This document shows, piece by piece, positions 9,865 through 19,052 of a stretch of DNA of 57,285 bases; the stretch's first letter is position 1; each line of letters opens with the position of its first letter. The stretch covers positions 1-57,285 of the forward strand of contig JBGFRI010000050.1 in assembly GCA_041695225.1 (NCBI GenBank), in the 5' to 3' direction. The translations under genes and the position numbers were made by a program. The notes below the pieces were generated by a model, which saw only the letters and a list, made by a program, of their open reading frames with translations, searched no databases and was not told the DNA's origin. Source of the DNA: Deinococcota bacterium. Its GTDB lineage: Bacteria > Deinococcota > Deinococci > Deinococcales > Thermaceae.

Positions 9865-10971
9865 ATGAAGCCGTATATCTGGCTGATCACCATGGGCACA
9901 CTGCTGGCGGTACTCCCGGCCTGCACCGGCAGCCGCGAGGAGCCCGCCCGCGCCCTGCTGGCAGCCAGCCTTAACCTGGCCGACGGAACATCCGAGATTC
10001 GCTTCTTCCAGAGCAGCGGCTTGCAGCCGGGCAGCTTTGAACCACCCCGCCGGGTGGGTAGCTGGGCCTTTGGCGAGCCAATTGTAGACCTGCTATACCG
10101 CCGCAGCCTGGGGGTGGGCAACGACCAGCTCTGGGTACTCACCCCCGGTCATTTGCGCCGCTACCTCACCCGCAATCTCACCCTGGACAACGTTGGCCCC
10201 CCCGAGTTAGATGGCTTTGACCAGGCCCTGAATGTAGACTGCGCTCGAGGCTACCTGCGCCAGGGCCAGGGCCATGTCTTGCTGGTCTGCCCCCCCGCGC
10301 CCGCCACCCCCCCGCGCCCCATTGAAGAATACCAGGCCTGGATTATCCCCTTCACCGCAACTGAGTTACCGGCCCCGGTAAACTTTCAAGACCTGGTACA
10401 CCTGACCACCCCGGTGCAGTTAACCCTGGGGCTGCGCGACCAGCTGCTCTACCTGACCCCCAGGCTTATCGGGCAGTATGACTTTGTTAACCGACCTACC
10501 GAACGGCCCCTGCCCCGGACCGATCTTTTTCCCACCGATCTGATTCTGGCAGACGGCCTGGGTTTTGGCTTGCTGGACGACTCCAACCCCGTTACCACAG
10601 ATACCACGGTGGTCTCCTGGAATCTGACCGTAACTGGTGAGGTAGCGCGTTTCGAGGACATTAACATAGCTGCAAGGTCGTTTGCCGGAGGCGCGCCACC
10701 CATTGTGGTTTTTGGCCGCGGTCTGGCCCAGTTCGAAGCGGGAAGCTTTCGCCTGCCCCGCTCCGAGACGAACCTTCGAACCTTTACGTACCGAACCGCA
10801 GTGGCAGGAATTGACCAGTTTCTGTACATTGCCGAGCGGGACCGCCCGACCCTCTGGGTAGCAGATCTAACCGTCAGGATGGACAACCTCACCACTGCGG
10901 GGGTTCGCTCTTCCTCGCTGGGCATCTTCGGGGAGCGAATTACCGGCCTGGCCTTTATCCCGGTGGATTGA
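9865..10971 (+). CDS. Putative lipoprotein of unknown function
   Basis: Hydrophobic leader with lipobox LPAC; directly follows the LptD-like gene. Confidence 0.7.
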   Translation: MKPYIWLITMGTLLAVLPACTGSREEPARALLAASLNLADGTSEIRFFQSSGLQPGSFEPPRRVGSWAFGEPIVDLLYRRSLGVGNDQLWVLTPGHLRRYLTRNLTLDNVGPPELDGFDQALNVDCARGYLRQGQGHVLLVCPPAPATPPRPIEEYQAWIIPFTATELPAPVNFQDLVHLTTPVQLTLGLRDQLLYLTPRLIGQYDFVNRPTERPLPRTDLFPTDLILADGLGFGLLDDSNPVTTDTTVVSWNLTVTGEVARFEDINIAARSFAGGAPPIVVFGRGLAQFEAGSFRLPRSETNLRTFTYRTAVAGIDQFLYIAERDRPTLWVADLTVRMDNLTTAGVRSSSLGIFGERITGLAFIPVD

Positions 10972-11098
10972 TCCTCCAAGCCCCAGGTTCCAACCCACCA
11001 GATAGCCTAAACACCATCCTTAGCAAGGTGAGGGCCGGGCTTCAAGCGCACGGTCGAGGCCCCTGTTCCCCAGGCAGCGATTGGGGTAGCTTGGGGGC

Positions 11099-11509
11099 AT
11101 GGAAATTCACCATATGGGGATTGCAGTCGAAGACCTGGAACAGGCCGCCCAGCCTTACCTGAGGCTTGGGTATGAGCTCGAGGCCAGAGGCGCGGTAGAG
11201 AGCCAGGGAGTAGAGGTCTGGATGCTGAAAAGCGGGCAGAGCAGGCTCGAGCTTTTGCGCGCCACCCGGCCCGACTCGGCCGTTGCCAAATTCATTGAAA
11301 AACGCGGGCCGGGGTTGCACCACCTGGCCCTCGCCACCCCCGACCTCCCGGCCGAGCTTCAGCGCCTGGCTGCCATGAGCGCACCACTGATTGACTCCGC
11401 CCCACGCCCGGGTTTTGGGGGGCATCTGGTGGCCTTTATCCACCCCCGATGGTCGGGGGGCGTGCTGGTGGAGCTGGTCGAGGTGCGGGGCCACCCTAGC
11501 CCGAGGTGA
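11099..11509 (+). CDS. mce: Methylmalonyl-CoA epimerase
   Basis: IHHMGIAVEDL, VESQGV, KFIEKRGPGLHHLAL, VAFIHPR..GGVLVELVE. Confidence 0.92.
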   Translation: MEIHHMGIAVEDLEQAAQPYLRLGYELEARGAVESQGVEVWMLKSGQSRLELLRATRPDSAVAKFIEKRGPGLHHLALATPDLPAELQRLAAMSAPLIDSAPRPGFGGHLVAFIHPRWSGGVLVELVEVRGHPSPR

Positions 11510-11595
11510 CTACCACAGCACCGCCCACCATAGGTTACGGCTTTGCCGGAATCGCGTAAGCGACTCGTCTAGTGGACAGCGCGACTAAAGTTTTT

Positions 11596-12327
11596 TCAGT
11601 GCTGGGTCTGGAAGTAGTGCTCGAGCTCACCCTTTAGCTGCTCGAGGGCTTGCTTGATGCTCATACCCTGTAAAGGCAGTACCCCGTAGGCCCGGATGAC
11701 CAGGTTCTGCCGGATGCGGCGGAAGACGGCCTGCGCGCCCTCGAGGTTGCTACCTTGCAGGACAATCAGAAACTGGCCCGCCTGGAGCCGAAAGACCAGG
11801 TCTGGCTGGCGCAGATACTGCACTAACTCCTGGCCAGGCTGGTCGCTGCCGGTGTGCAGCAGCAGCAGGGTGACAGGACGGAGACCGGAAAGGGCCTCGA
11901 GGCCAGGGGCCAGGGCCGTTAGGGTTTCGGGGGGCATTACCCGGTCCTGGCTGGGCAGCGGCATCTGTAAGGGATTGGGCAGACCTGGGGCCGGAATCTT
12001 GGCCAGGTAAAACAATCCGGCCAGAAACAGGCCCGCGCCAATCAGGCTCCCCACTGCGGCCATTACGGCAACCTCCGGGGGAACTTTGGCCAGGTCCCGG
12101 CTCGAGCTTACCGCCACCACGCTGCTCATCACGCCCAGGCCCAGCACCCAGAAAAATCGAACCTGGGGGCTTATGGCCGCCCGGGCATACAGGCTGGCCG
12201 CCGCAGCCAGTATCAGCGCAGCGACCAGAAACACCACCCCGGGATAAACGCTCTCCTGCCGGGGAAACAGCCACAAGGGCAAAAGCCCCAACAGGACGAA
12301 GCCCCAGGGTAGCATGGATAGCCACAT
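11596..12327 (-). CDS. Membrane protein with degenerate GGDEF-like C-terminal domain
   Basis: Four TM segments then LRQPDLVFRLQAGQFLIVLQG..LEGAQAVFRRI; ATG 12327 has TATGCT 7 nt upstream. Confidence 0.65.
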   Translation of the reverse strand: MWLSMLPWGFVLLGLLPLWLFPRQESVYPGVVFLVAALILAAAASLYARAAISPQVRFFWVLGLGVMSSVVAVSSSRDLAKVPPEVAVMAAVGSLIGAGLFLAGLFYLAKIPAPGLPNPLQMPLPSQDRVMPPETLTALAPGLEALSGLRPVTLLLLHTGSDQPGQELVQYLRQPDLVFRLQAGQFLIVLQGSNLEGAQAVFRRIRQNLVIRAYGVLPLQGMSIKQALEQLKGELEHYFQTQH

Positions 12328-12385
12328 GTCTCTAAGCATAAGGTTGAGGGTTCGATTGCTATGCCAAGAATGACCATAGGGGAGA

Positions 12386-12527
12386 AGTCGATAGTCGATA
12401 GTCGATTGTCGATAGTCGATAGTCGATAGCGTATAGCCGATAGCCGATAGTCTATGGTCGATGGTCGATAGCTTCGATTGTCGATAGTCAATAGACGATA
12501 GACCACAGACCATAGACCATAGACCAT
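12386..12527. repeat. About 20-unit 7-bp tandem array (AGTCGAT drifting to AGACCAT)
   Basis: Directly visible in the divergent intergenic region. Confidence 0.95.
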
Positions 12528-12551
12528 AAACTCCTCTGGTACAATTACGCT

Positions 12552-13817
12552 GTGAGCATAGCCCCTCTGGCCGAGCGGGTACGGCCCAAGACACTCGACG
12601 AAGTACTGGGGCAGGAGCACCTTACCGGGCCAGGAAAGCCCTTGAGGCGGATGCTCGAGACCCGCCGCCTTTCCTCCTTCATTTTGTGGGGGCCGCCCGG
12701 TAGCGGCAAAACCACCCTGGCGCGGCTGCTGGCCCAGGGGGTTGGGCAGGAAATGGTGGCCATCTCGGCGGTAAACGCGGGCGTGAAAGACATCAAGGAG
12801 ATCGTGGCCACGGCCAGGGAGAAAGGCAGCCTGGTGCTGTTTTTGGACGAGATTCACCGCTTCAACAAGTCGCAGCAGGACGCACTACTGCCCCACCTCG
12901 AGTCGGGCCTGCTGACCCTGATCGGGGCCACCACCGAGAACCCCAGCTTCGAGGTGATCCCGGCCCTCCGCTCCCGCGCCAGGGTGTATGTGCTCAACCC
13001 GCTCGACCAGGATGCCACCCGCCAGCTTTTGGAACGGGCCCTGACCCACCCGGAGGGAGTGCAAGCCCAGGCCGACCCCGAAGCCCTGGACCTGATTGCC
13101 CAGGGGTCCATGGGCGATGCCCGGCGGGCCCTGTCGGCGCTGGAACTCTCGGCCAGCCTGGGCCAGGGAAGCGTCACCCTGGCGGTGGCCAGGGAGGCGC
13201 TGGGCAGCGGTACGCTGAGCTTCGACAAGGGCGGCGAATACTTCTACGACTTGATCTCGGCCCTGCACAAGAGCGTGCGCGGCAATCATGTAGATGCTGC
13301 GCTCTACTACTTTGCCCGGATGCTCGAGGGCGGCGCCGACCCCCTCTACCTGGCCCGCCGGCTGGCCCGCATGGCGGTGGAGGACGTGGGCCTGGCCGAC
13401 CCCAATGCGCTGCGCCTGGCCATGGCCGCCAAGGACGCCTACGACTTCCTGGGCAGCCCCGAGGGCGAGCTGGCCCTGGCCGAGCTGGTGATCTATCTGG
13501 CCCTGGCCCCCAAGTCCAACAGTAGCTACACCGCCTGGAAGAACGCCCAGAACGCAGCCCGCGAATACCCCGATGCCCCCGTTCCGCTGCCCCTTCGCAA
13601 CGCCCCCACCGGGCTGATGCAACGGCTGGGCTACGGCCGGGGCTACGCCTACTATCACGACGACCCCGAGGGCAGTTTCGCCCAGCAGTACCTGCCCGAA
13701 AAGCTCGAGGGTATCACCCTCTACCAGGCCGCCGGCGAAGGCTGGGAAGACAAGGTGCGCGAGCGGCTGAAGGCTTTACGCGCCCGCTTTGCCCGGGGGC
13801 CTCAAACAGGTCGGTAG
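12552..13817 (+). CDS. rarA: Replication-associated recombination protein A (RarA/MgsA)
   Basis: [58 protein letters not shown]. Confidence 0.96.
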   Translation: MSIAPLAERVRPKTLDEVLGQEHLTGPGKPLRRMLETRRLSSFILWGPPGSGKTTLARLLAQGVGQEMVAISAVNAGVKDIKEIVATAREKGSLVLFLDEIHRFNKSQQDALLPHLESGLLTLIGATTENPSFEVIPALRSRARVYVLNPLDQDATRQLLERALTHPEGVQAQADPEALDLIAQGSMGDARRALSALELSASLGQGSVTLAVAREALGSGTLSFDKGGEYFYDLISALHKSVRGNHVDAALYYFARMLEGGADPLYLARRLARMAVEDVGLADPNALRLAMAAKDAYDFLGSPEGELALAELVIYLALAPKSNSSYTAWKNAQNAAREYPDAPVPLPLRNAPTGLMQRLGYGRGYAYYHDDPEGSFAQQYLPEKLEGITLYQAAGEGWEDKVRERLKALRARFARGPQTGR

Positions 13818-13873
13818 CACTGTTCCCGACCCGCTCCTAGATTAAACCAGGGCGGCAGCTAATGAGGTTTTGC

Positions 13874-13950
13874 TGGCGGGCCGTGAAGGATTCGAACCTC
13901 CGACTTTTCGTTTTGGAGACGAACGCTCTACCGGACTGAGCTAACGGCCC
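13874..13950 (-). tRNA. tRNA-Trp(CCA)
   Basis: Minus strand GGGCCGTTAGCTCAG..TTCGT-CTCCAAA-ACGAA..GGTTCGAATCC..CGGCCCGCCA. Confidence 0.97.
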
Positions 13951-14092
13951 ACTTCTGACCAGCGCAGCGCTTGCGCCTGGCTAAAACCGCTGCAAACGCT
14001 ATTTTAGTCCTGGAAGCACCTTTTGTCAAAGAAGTGCCAGGCCCGCACGAATCGGGCGAAAAACCTGGTTACTGAGGGGTACAATGGGCGTG

Positions 14093-15088
14093 ATGGCCGA
14101 GCCCAAGCCCCTAGTTGCCCTTGGCGACCTAACCTGGGACGTGCTGGCCAAGCCTCACACCCTTTTGCTGCCGGGCGGCGACACCACTGGACGGGTTTTG
14201 TTGATGGGAGGGGGCAGCGCTGCCAACCTGGCGGTATGGGCGGCCAGGGTGGGCTACCCCACGGGGTTTGTGGGCGCGGTGGGGTCTGACCGGTTTGGCC
14301 AGTTTGCTGTGCAGGAGCTGGCTGCCGAGGGTGTGGCGCCACACATTATCTGGAAGGATGGCAACCCCACCGGGGTAATCCTGGTACTGATTGATGCCGT
14401 AGGCCAGCGCTCGATGCTAACCTCCCAGGGGGCCGACTTCGACCTGCGCCCCGACGACCTGCCCGTGGAGGTAATTCGTCAGGCCGGGCACCTGCACCTG
14501 ACAGCCTGGTCGCTTTTTACCGACCCACCCCGCCAGGCCGCCCTGGCCGCAGCCCAGATAGCGCATGAGGCCGGTGTCCCGGTCTCGTTTGACCCGGCCT
14601 CCTTTCAGATGATCCGGGAGATCGGACGGGAAGAGTTCCGCCGCATTACCCGCAATCTTTTGCCAGATTTTATCTTCCCCAACCTGGACGAAGGCCAGGC
14701 TCTGACCGGGGCCAGCCGGCCTTACGAGGTGCTCGAGGTCTTACAGAAACTTTATCCGGAGGCCATGATCCTGCTCAAACTAGGGCCAGACGGAGCCCTC
14801 ATCCTGAAGCAAGGGAGCCTGATTGAACTAAAGGCCACCAGCGACAGGCCAGTAGACGCCACCGGCGCGGGTGATTCGTTTGGGGGAGCTTTTCTGGGGC
14901 ATTATCTCCGCTCCGGCGATGCTCTGTCGGCTGGCCGGCTGGCCGTGCAGCTAGCAGGCTGGGTGATTGGGCGGTTTGGCGCCCGGCCACCGGCAGACCC
15001 CGACCTGCAACTGCGCCTCGAGCAGTTTGGTTTTGCCTGTCCGGAGCGCCGCCAGCAACAGGTCGAAGGCCGCCGCTTCGACGGGTAG
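14093..15088 (+). CDS. PfkB family carbohydrate kinase
   Basis: GGSAANLA, VGSDRFG, DATGAGDSFGG; start moved to 14093 because ATG 14084 overlaps TACAAT. Confidence 0.92.
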   Translation: MAEPKPLVALGDLTWDVLAKPHTLLLPGGDTTGRVLLMGGGSAANLAVWAARVGYPTGFVGAVGSDRFGQFAVQELAAEGVAPHIIWKDGNPTGVILVLIDAVGQRSMLTSQGADFDLRPDDLPVEVIRQAGHLHLTAWSLFTDPPRQAALAAAQIAHEAGVPVSFDPASFQMIREIGREEFRRITRNLLPDFIFPNLDEGQALTGASRPYEVLEVLQKLYPEAMILLKLGPDGALILKQGSLIELKATSDRPVDATGAGDSFGGAFLGHYLRSGDALSAGRLAVQLAGWVIGRFGARPPADPDLQLRLEQFGFACPERRQQQVEGRRFDG

Positions 15089-15166
15089 CCTTCGAGTTTC
15101 GACCAGCCCGAGAGCTGCCCGGAGTCCGCAAACCCGATTCTGGCCGGTCTGCTACTGGCCTTGCCC

Positions 15167-15185
15167 GGCAACCTACTGGCAACCT
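15167..15185 (+). promoter_or_regulatory. Tandem GGCAACCT operator-like repeat (11-bp period)
   Basis: ggcaacct-act-ggcaacct, 21 nt before ATG 15207; same motif and spacing as upstream of the M16 gene. Confidence 0.65.
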
Positions 15186-15206
15186 TTTAGCCCTGAATAT
15201 CCGGGC

Positions 15207-15431
15207 ATGGAGGTTTATACGGTGGGCTATGTGGAAAACGGCCTGGGTTTTCCGATAGCTCCCCGGCCTGCGGCCACTGCCAGCCTGGTAGCCGTGCGAC
15301 TGAGCCCCGAGAAGGCAGAGGAGCTTTTGAATTCACTAGCACTGCTTAGAGACGAGGCAGAGGGTTATAATCTGCAAGAGGGCGAGGACAGGCGCTTTTA
15401 CCTGTTTCTGGCCGGCTGGAGGGGAGAATAG
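15207..15431 (+). pseudogene. Chimeric remnant: M16 peptidase N-terminus fused to wHTH-protein C-terminus
   Basis: MEVYTVGYVENGLGFPIAPRP matches MDVYTAGYLENHLGFLVAARP (22409); AVRLS..LALLRDE..FLAGW matches AVRLA..LHALRDE..FVAGW (20692). Confidence 0.8.
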
Positions 15432-16672
15432 TGCATCCGATCAAAAATGCTCAGTTCAGGTTGCTGCTGGCAACCCGCCTATCGGCCAATCTAAGCGCGG
15501 GCTTTTTTGAGGTAGCCGTGATCTGGTGGGTATTCGAGACCACCGGTTCCGGCGCGCTGATAGCCGCCATTGCGCTGGTGGGCTCACTATCTTACATTCT
15601 GGTGGCGCCCTGGGGTGGCGTGCTGGCCGACCGCTACAGCAAAAAGTCCCTCATCACCCTGATGTACTGGATTGATGGCGTGCTAACAGCAGCAGCGGGC
15701 GTGCTGCTGATGCTGGGCCAGCTTCATCTGGCCCTGATCTTCTTGTTGCTGGCCATTACCAACATTGCCACTGCCCTGCGGGCCCCGGCATTAGGTGCGC
15801 TCCTGCCCCTGATCCTCCCCAAAGAAAGCTACCAGCAGGGAAACGCTACTATGGGGCTGGCAGTCTCACTTGCCGGTATGTCCTCGTTTCCGCTGGCCGG
15901 GGTGGCCACCGCCGCCCTGGGTGCGGGCGGCGCGCTTCTGGTGGGCGCCGGGCTGATTCTGGTAGCCGGGCTTTTTATGGCTTTTCTGCAAGAGCCCAGG
16001 CTTGCCCCGGCCACAGAGCAAGCAGCCAGCGAACAAGCTTCAGGGCCGGTTAAGGCTGCTCCAGTCGCAAGTTTTATAGAGGGCGTACAGGCAGTCTTGC
16101 AGAACAGTCTGCTGCTTTCAGTGGTAGTGACGGTAGCGGTGCTCAACCTGATCCTCGCGCCGCTCACCGTGCTACTTGCGCCTTACGCTGCGCTGCTCAC
16201 AGCGGGAGCTGCCGGTTTTGGCTTTTTAGCTGGTGCGGCTGTGCTCGGCCAACTACTGGGGCTGTCGCTGGCGAACTTCTGGAAGGTGAGCAGACCCCTG
16301 GCGGTTATTGTTCCCGGCACTGTGGGGGTTGGGCTATCACTAGCTGGACTTTACCTTGCGCCAAGCCTGCCGGTTGCTATCGCGGCGCTGGCCTTTGGGG
16401 GGCTTTGCGCCGCGCTTATGAATGTTCAGCTCGAGGTTATCTTGCAGACCAACGTAAAACCAGAGTTGCTGGGCCGGGCCTATGGCCTGCTTGGCTCGCT
16501 GAGCATGGCTGCCCAGCCGGCGGGCTACGCAGCCGCTGGCGGACTGATGGCCATCTGGCCCATCCGGCCGATCTTTGCCGGTATGGCCGTGCTGGTCTTC
16601 CTGATGACCGCTGCCTGGTTGCGCCCTGCGGTGCGGCAGCAGCTTTCCACCAGACCAGTTGAAGCGTCCTAG
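15431..16672 (+). CDS. MFS transporter (paralog of 19451-20695)
   Basis: About 12 TM; APWGGVLADRYSKK; N-terminus HPIKNAQFRLL resembles HPIHNPNFRIL. Confidence 0.92.
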   Translation: MHPIKNAQFRLLLATRLSANLSAGFFEVAVIWWVFETTGSGALIAAIALVGSLSYILVAPWGGVLADRYSKKSLITLMYWIDGVLTAAAGVLLMLGQLHLALIFLLLAITNIATALRAPALGALLPLILPKESYQQGNATMGLAVSLAGMSSFPLAGVATAALGAGGALLVGAGLILVAGLFMAFLQEPRLAPATEQAASEQASGPVKAAPVASFIEGVQAVLQNSLLLSVVVTVAVLNLILAPLTVLLAPYAALLTAGAAGFGFLAGAAVLGQLLGLSLANFWKVSRPLAVIVPGTVGVGLSLAGLYLAPSLPVAIAALAFGGLCAALMNVQLEVILQTNVKPELLGRAYGLLGSLSMAAQPAGYAAAGGLMAIWPIRPIFAGMAVLVFLMTAAWLRPAVRQQLSTRPVEAS

Positions 16673-16683
16673 GCTTGTGGCTG

Positions 16684-16747
16684 AAGGGAAGGAACCGGCC
16701 ACGGCCGGGCCTTCTTTACCAAAACAAACCTGTAGCTCCGTCTAGCG
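16684..16747. repeat. About 63-bp direct repeat, copy 1
   Basis: aagggaaggaaccggccacggccgggccttctttaccaaaacaaacctgtagctccgtctagcg. Confidence 0.9.
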
Positions 16748-17026
16748 GCGCAGTACAAGTAGCCCGTAGCCTGCCCATAAAACGAACAATGTCAGTAAGA
16801 CCAGCAAACCGCCAGTAGTACCATGCAGCAAAAAGCCGCTGACAAGAGATACCAGACCAAAACCCAAACTCAACAAGCCATGTTTACGGTAAAAGACCCA
16901 GGCAATTGGGATCGCGAGTACTACAAATGGTATCTCATACCTGAGGAATGCCCCAAAATGGTACATCAGAGTCACAAAGAAGGCCTTGTCGATCGCTAAA
17001 AACTGGACCTTCTCGAGCGCCGACAT
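16742..17026 (-). CDS. Small membrane protein, putative immunity protein (copy B)
   Basis: 94 aa, about 4 TM, starts MSALEK just after the Cys-rich ORF stop; paralog of 17302-17589. Confidence 0.7.
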   Translation of the reverse strand: MSALEKVQFLAIDKAFFVTLMYHFGAFLRYEIPFVVLAIPIAWVFYRKHGLLSLGFGLVSLVSGFLLHGTTGGLLVLLTLFVLWAGYGLLVLRR

Positions 17027-17030
17027 ATTG

Positions 17031-17244
17031 CTACCTATGGCATTCTTCACGACACACCACAACCGGTTCCCTGCCTTGTTGGCATTGTAACACCAACCCT
17101 AGAACACAAACCGCGGTAAACGGTGCTGCACAGACTCGCACGCCAGCAGGGTTGATGATACACCGCGCAAGACAAACTAGCTGTGATGTGGCACAGGCAG
17201 GCATTACCCAAAGGCACACAGGGGGTGCTCTTAGTTTTGCGCTC
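17031..17244 (-). pseudogene. Orphan C-terminal Cys-rich peptide cassette (copy B)
   Basis: VCLWVMPACATSQLVC..NPAGVRVCAA..VCVLGLVLQC..VCREECHR; truncated at the repeat junction. Confidence 0.7.
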
Positions 17245-17307
17245 AAGGGAAGGAACCAGCCACGGCCGGGCCTTCTTTACCAAAACAAACCTGTGCTCCG
17301 TCTAGCG
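17245..17307. repeat. About 63-bp direct repeat, copy 2
   Basis: Near-identical to 16684-16747. Confidence 0.9.
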
Positions 17308-17589
17308 ACGTATTGCAAGCAGCCCATGGCCCGCCCACAGAATGACCAGCACCAGTAAGACCAGCAAACCGCCTGTAGTGGGATGTAGCAAAAAGCCGCT
17401 TAGAGCTGCTACCACACCAAAACCCACACTTAACAACCCATGATTACGATAAAAGACCCACATAACTGGGATTGCCAGAACCGCAACAAACGGTATCTCA
17501 TACCTGATGAATGCCCCACAATGGTACATGAGAGTCAAATACGCGGCCTTCGAAATCACTAAAAAAGCGGCATTCTCGAGCGCTGACAT
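17302..17589 (-). CDS. Small membrane protein, putative immunity protein (copy A)
   Basis: 95 aa, MSALEN..TLMYH.GAF.RYEIPFV..HGLLS.GFG..SGFLLH.TTGGLLVLL. Confidence 0.7.
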   Translation of the reverse strand: MSALENAAFLVISKAAYLTLMYHCGAFIRYEIPFVAVLAIPVMWVFYRNHGLLSVGFGVVAALSGFLLHPTTGGLLVLLVLVILWAGHGLLAIRR

Positions 17590-17745
17590 ATTTCTACCTA
17601 TGACATTCTTCACGACACACCTCAACCCGTTGCCATTGTGATTCACATCCTAAAACCAAACCTGGAACACAAACCAAGGCCAGCGCTGCTGCACACACTC
17701 GCTGTCCACGAGGATCGGTGACATATCCAGCAGTACATACGTAAG

Positions 17746-19052
17746 GGCACCTCGAAAAACTCACTGCCAGCTTACCTTTGGATGAATTGCTTCAAAAGAA
17801 CTGGGTAGGGTAAAATTTTACTATGATGAAGTACAAAACCGCATCGGCCAGAGGGCTCTTTGATGAGGAAGTCCGTTTGGAAAAGCTGGCCGAGCAGAGT
17901 GACCCACTGGTGAAACTGCGGGAGAATATTGACTTTGAAATTTTCCGGCCGCTTTTAGAGGAAGCCTTCTTCAAAGAGGACAGGGGAAGAGGTGGAGCCC
18001 GCCCCTATGATTATGTGATGATGTTCAAGATTCTGATCCTGCAGCGGTATTACAGTATCGGCGATGACAAAACCGAGTTTGCGATTCTGGATCGGCTCTC
18101 ATTCATGCGGTTTCTGGGACTGAGCTTGAGCGACAGAGTGCCCGACGCCAAGACCATCTGGTTGTTCCGGGAGAAGCTCACCCAGAAGGGGTTGACGGAA
18201 CAACTATTTCAACGGCTCAACCAGGCCCTGCAAAGGGCCGGACTCATTGTCAATGAAGGGAAGATCATCGACGCCTCCATTGTGGAGGTTCCCGTTCAAC
18301 GCAATACTCGTGAGGAGAACAAAGCCATCAAGGAAGGAGAGATCCCAGAGCACTGGCAGGATGATGAGAAGAAGCTTTCACAAAAAGATACCGATGCGCG
18401 CTGGACCAAAAAGAACGGAAGGAGCTTTTACGGATACAAGAACCATGTGAAGGCTGATCAAAAAAGCAAACTCATTGAGACCTATGCAGTAACCGCGGCC
18501 AGTGCGCACGACTCACAGGAAGTAGAAAATCTGTTGAACCAGGAGGATAGAGGTCAGACCCTTCACGCCGACAAAGCCTATAGCGGAGAACCCGTTGCTA
18601 AAATCGCAGCGGCATACCAGATGGAGAATCACATCCACCAGAAAGGCCGCCGAGATAGACAGCTTACCGAAGAACAAAAAGCCGACAACCGAGCAAAATC
18701 GAAGGTGCGGGCCAGAGTGGAACACATCTTTGGTTTCATCGCAAACAGCATGAACGGGAGTTATATACGCTCTATCGGCCTGGCGCGAGCCGCAACCGCC
18801 ATTGGGCTGATCAATCTAACCTACAATATGTTCCGCTACATGCAGTTAGCTTCAACAACCTCTGGCCGAGCATAGTAGAGCTACGCCCAGACCTTTATAG
18901 AGAAACCACAAAAACAAAAGCTAGCACAAAAGCAAAAACAAACCAGACAAGCAGCCGTTTTATAACAGAAAAACCAAACGGACGACAGACGATTTCCTTT
19001 CCGGCGGCGCAAACGCTTACAAAATCCTATAAGATCTATTTTTAGAGGTTCC
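17746..19052 (+). mobile_element. IS5 family insertion sequence
   Basis: Terminal IRs GGCACCTCGAAAAA / TTTTTAGAGGTTCC; flanking duplication CGTAAG (or GTAA if ends are 1 bp longer). Confidence 0.92.
17823..18875 (+). CDS. IS5 family DDE transposase
   Basis: DRLSFMRFLGL..VPDAKTIWLFRE, IIDASIV, DTDARWTKK..FYGYKNH, ADKAY, RARVEHIFG. Confidence 0.95.
   Translation: MMKYKTASARGLFDEEVRLEKLAEQSDPLVKLRENIDFEIFRPLLEEAFFKEDRGRGGARPYDYVMMFKILILQRYYSIGDDKTEFAILDRLSFMRFLGLSLSDRVPDAKTIWLFREKLTQKGLTEQLFQRLNQALQRAGLIVNEGKIIDASIVEVPVQRNTREENKAIKEGEIPEHWQDDEKKLSQKDTDARWTKKNGRSFYGYKNHVKADQKSKLIETYAVTAASAHDSQEVENLLNQEDRGQTLHADKAYSGEPVAKIAAAYQMENHIHQKGRRDRQLTEEQKADNRAKSKVRARVEHIFGFIANSMNGSYIRSIGLARAATAIGLINLTYNMFRYMQLASTTSGRA

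Noticed and set aside
12386..12527. Possible CRISPR array
   Set aside because: Contiguous 7-bp units with no unique spacers and no cas genes nearby
12328..12594. N-terminal extension (STIDYR repeats) of ORF 11596-12594
   Set aside because: Translation of the heptamer array, overlapping the rarA start
13874..13950. tRNA-Trp as integration site of the accessory region
   Set aside because: I found no duplicated tRNA 3' end and no integrase; pfkB lies between the tRNA and the region
17031..17246. 71-aa Cys-rich ORF as an intact gene
   Set aside because: Its TTG start falls at the repeat junction without an RBS; better explained as a truncated cassette
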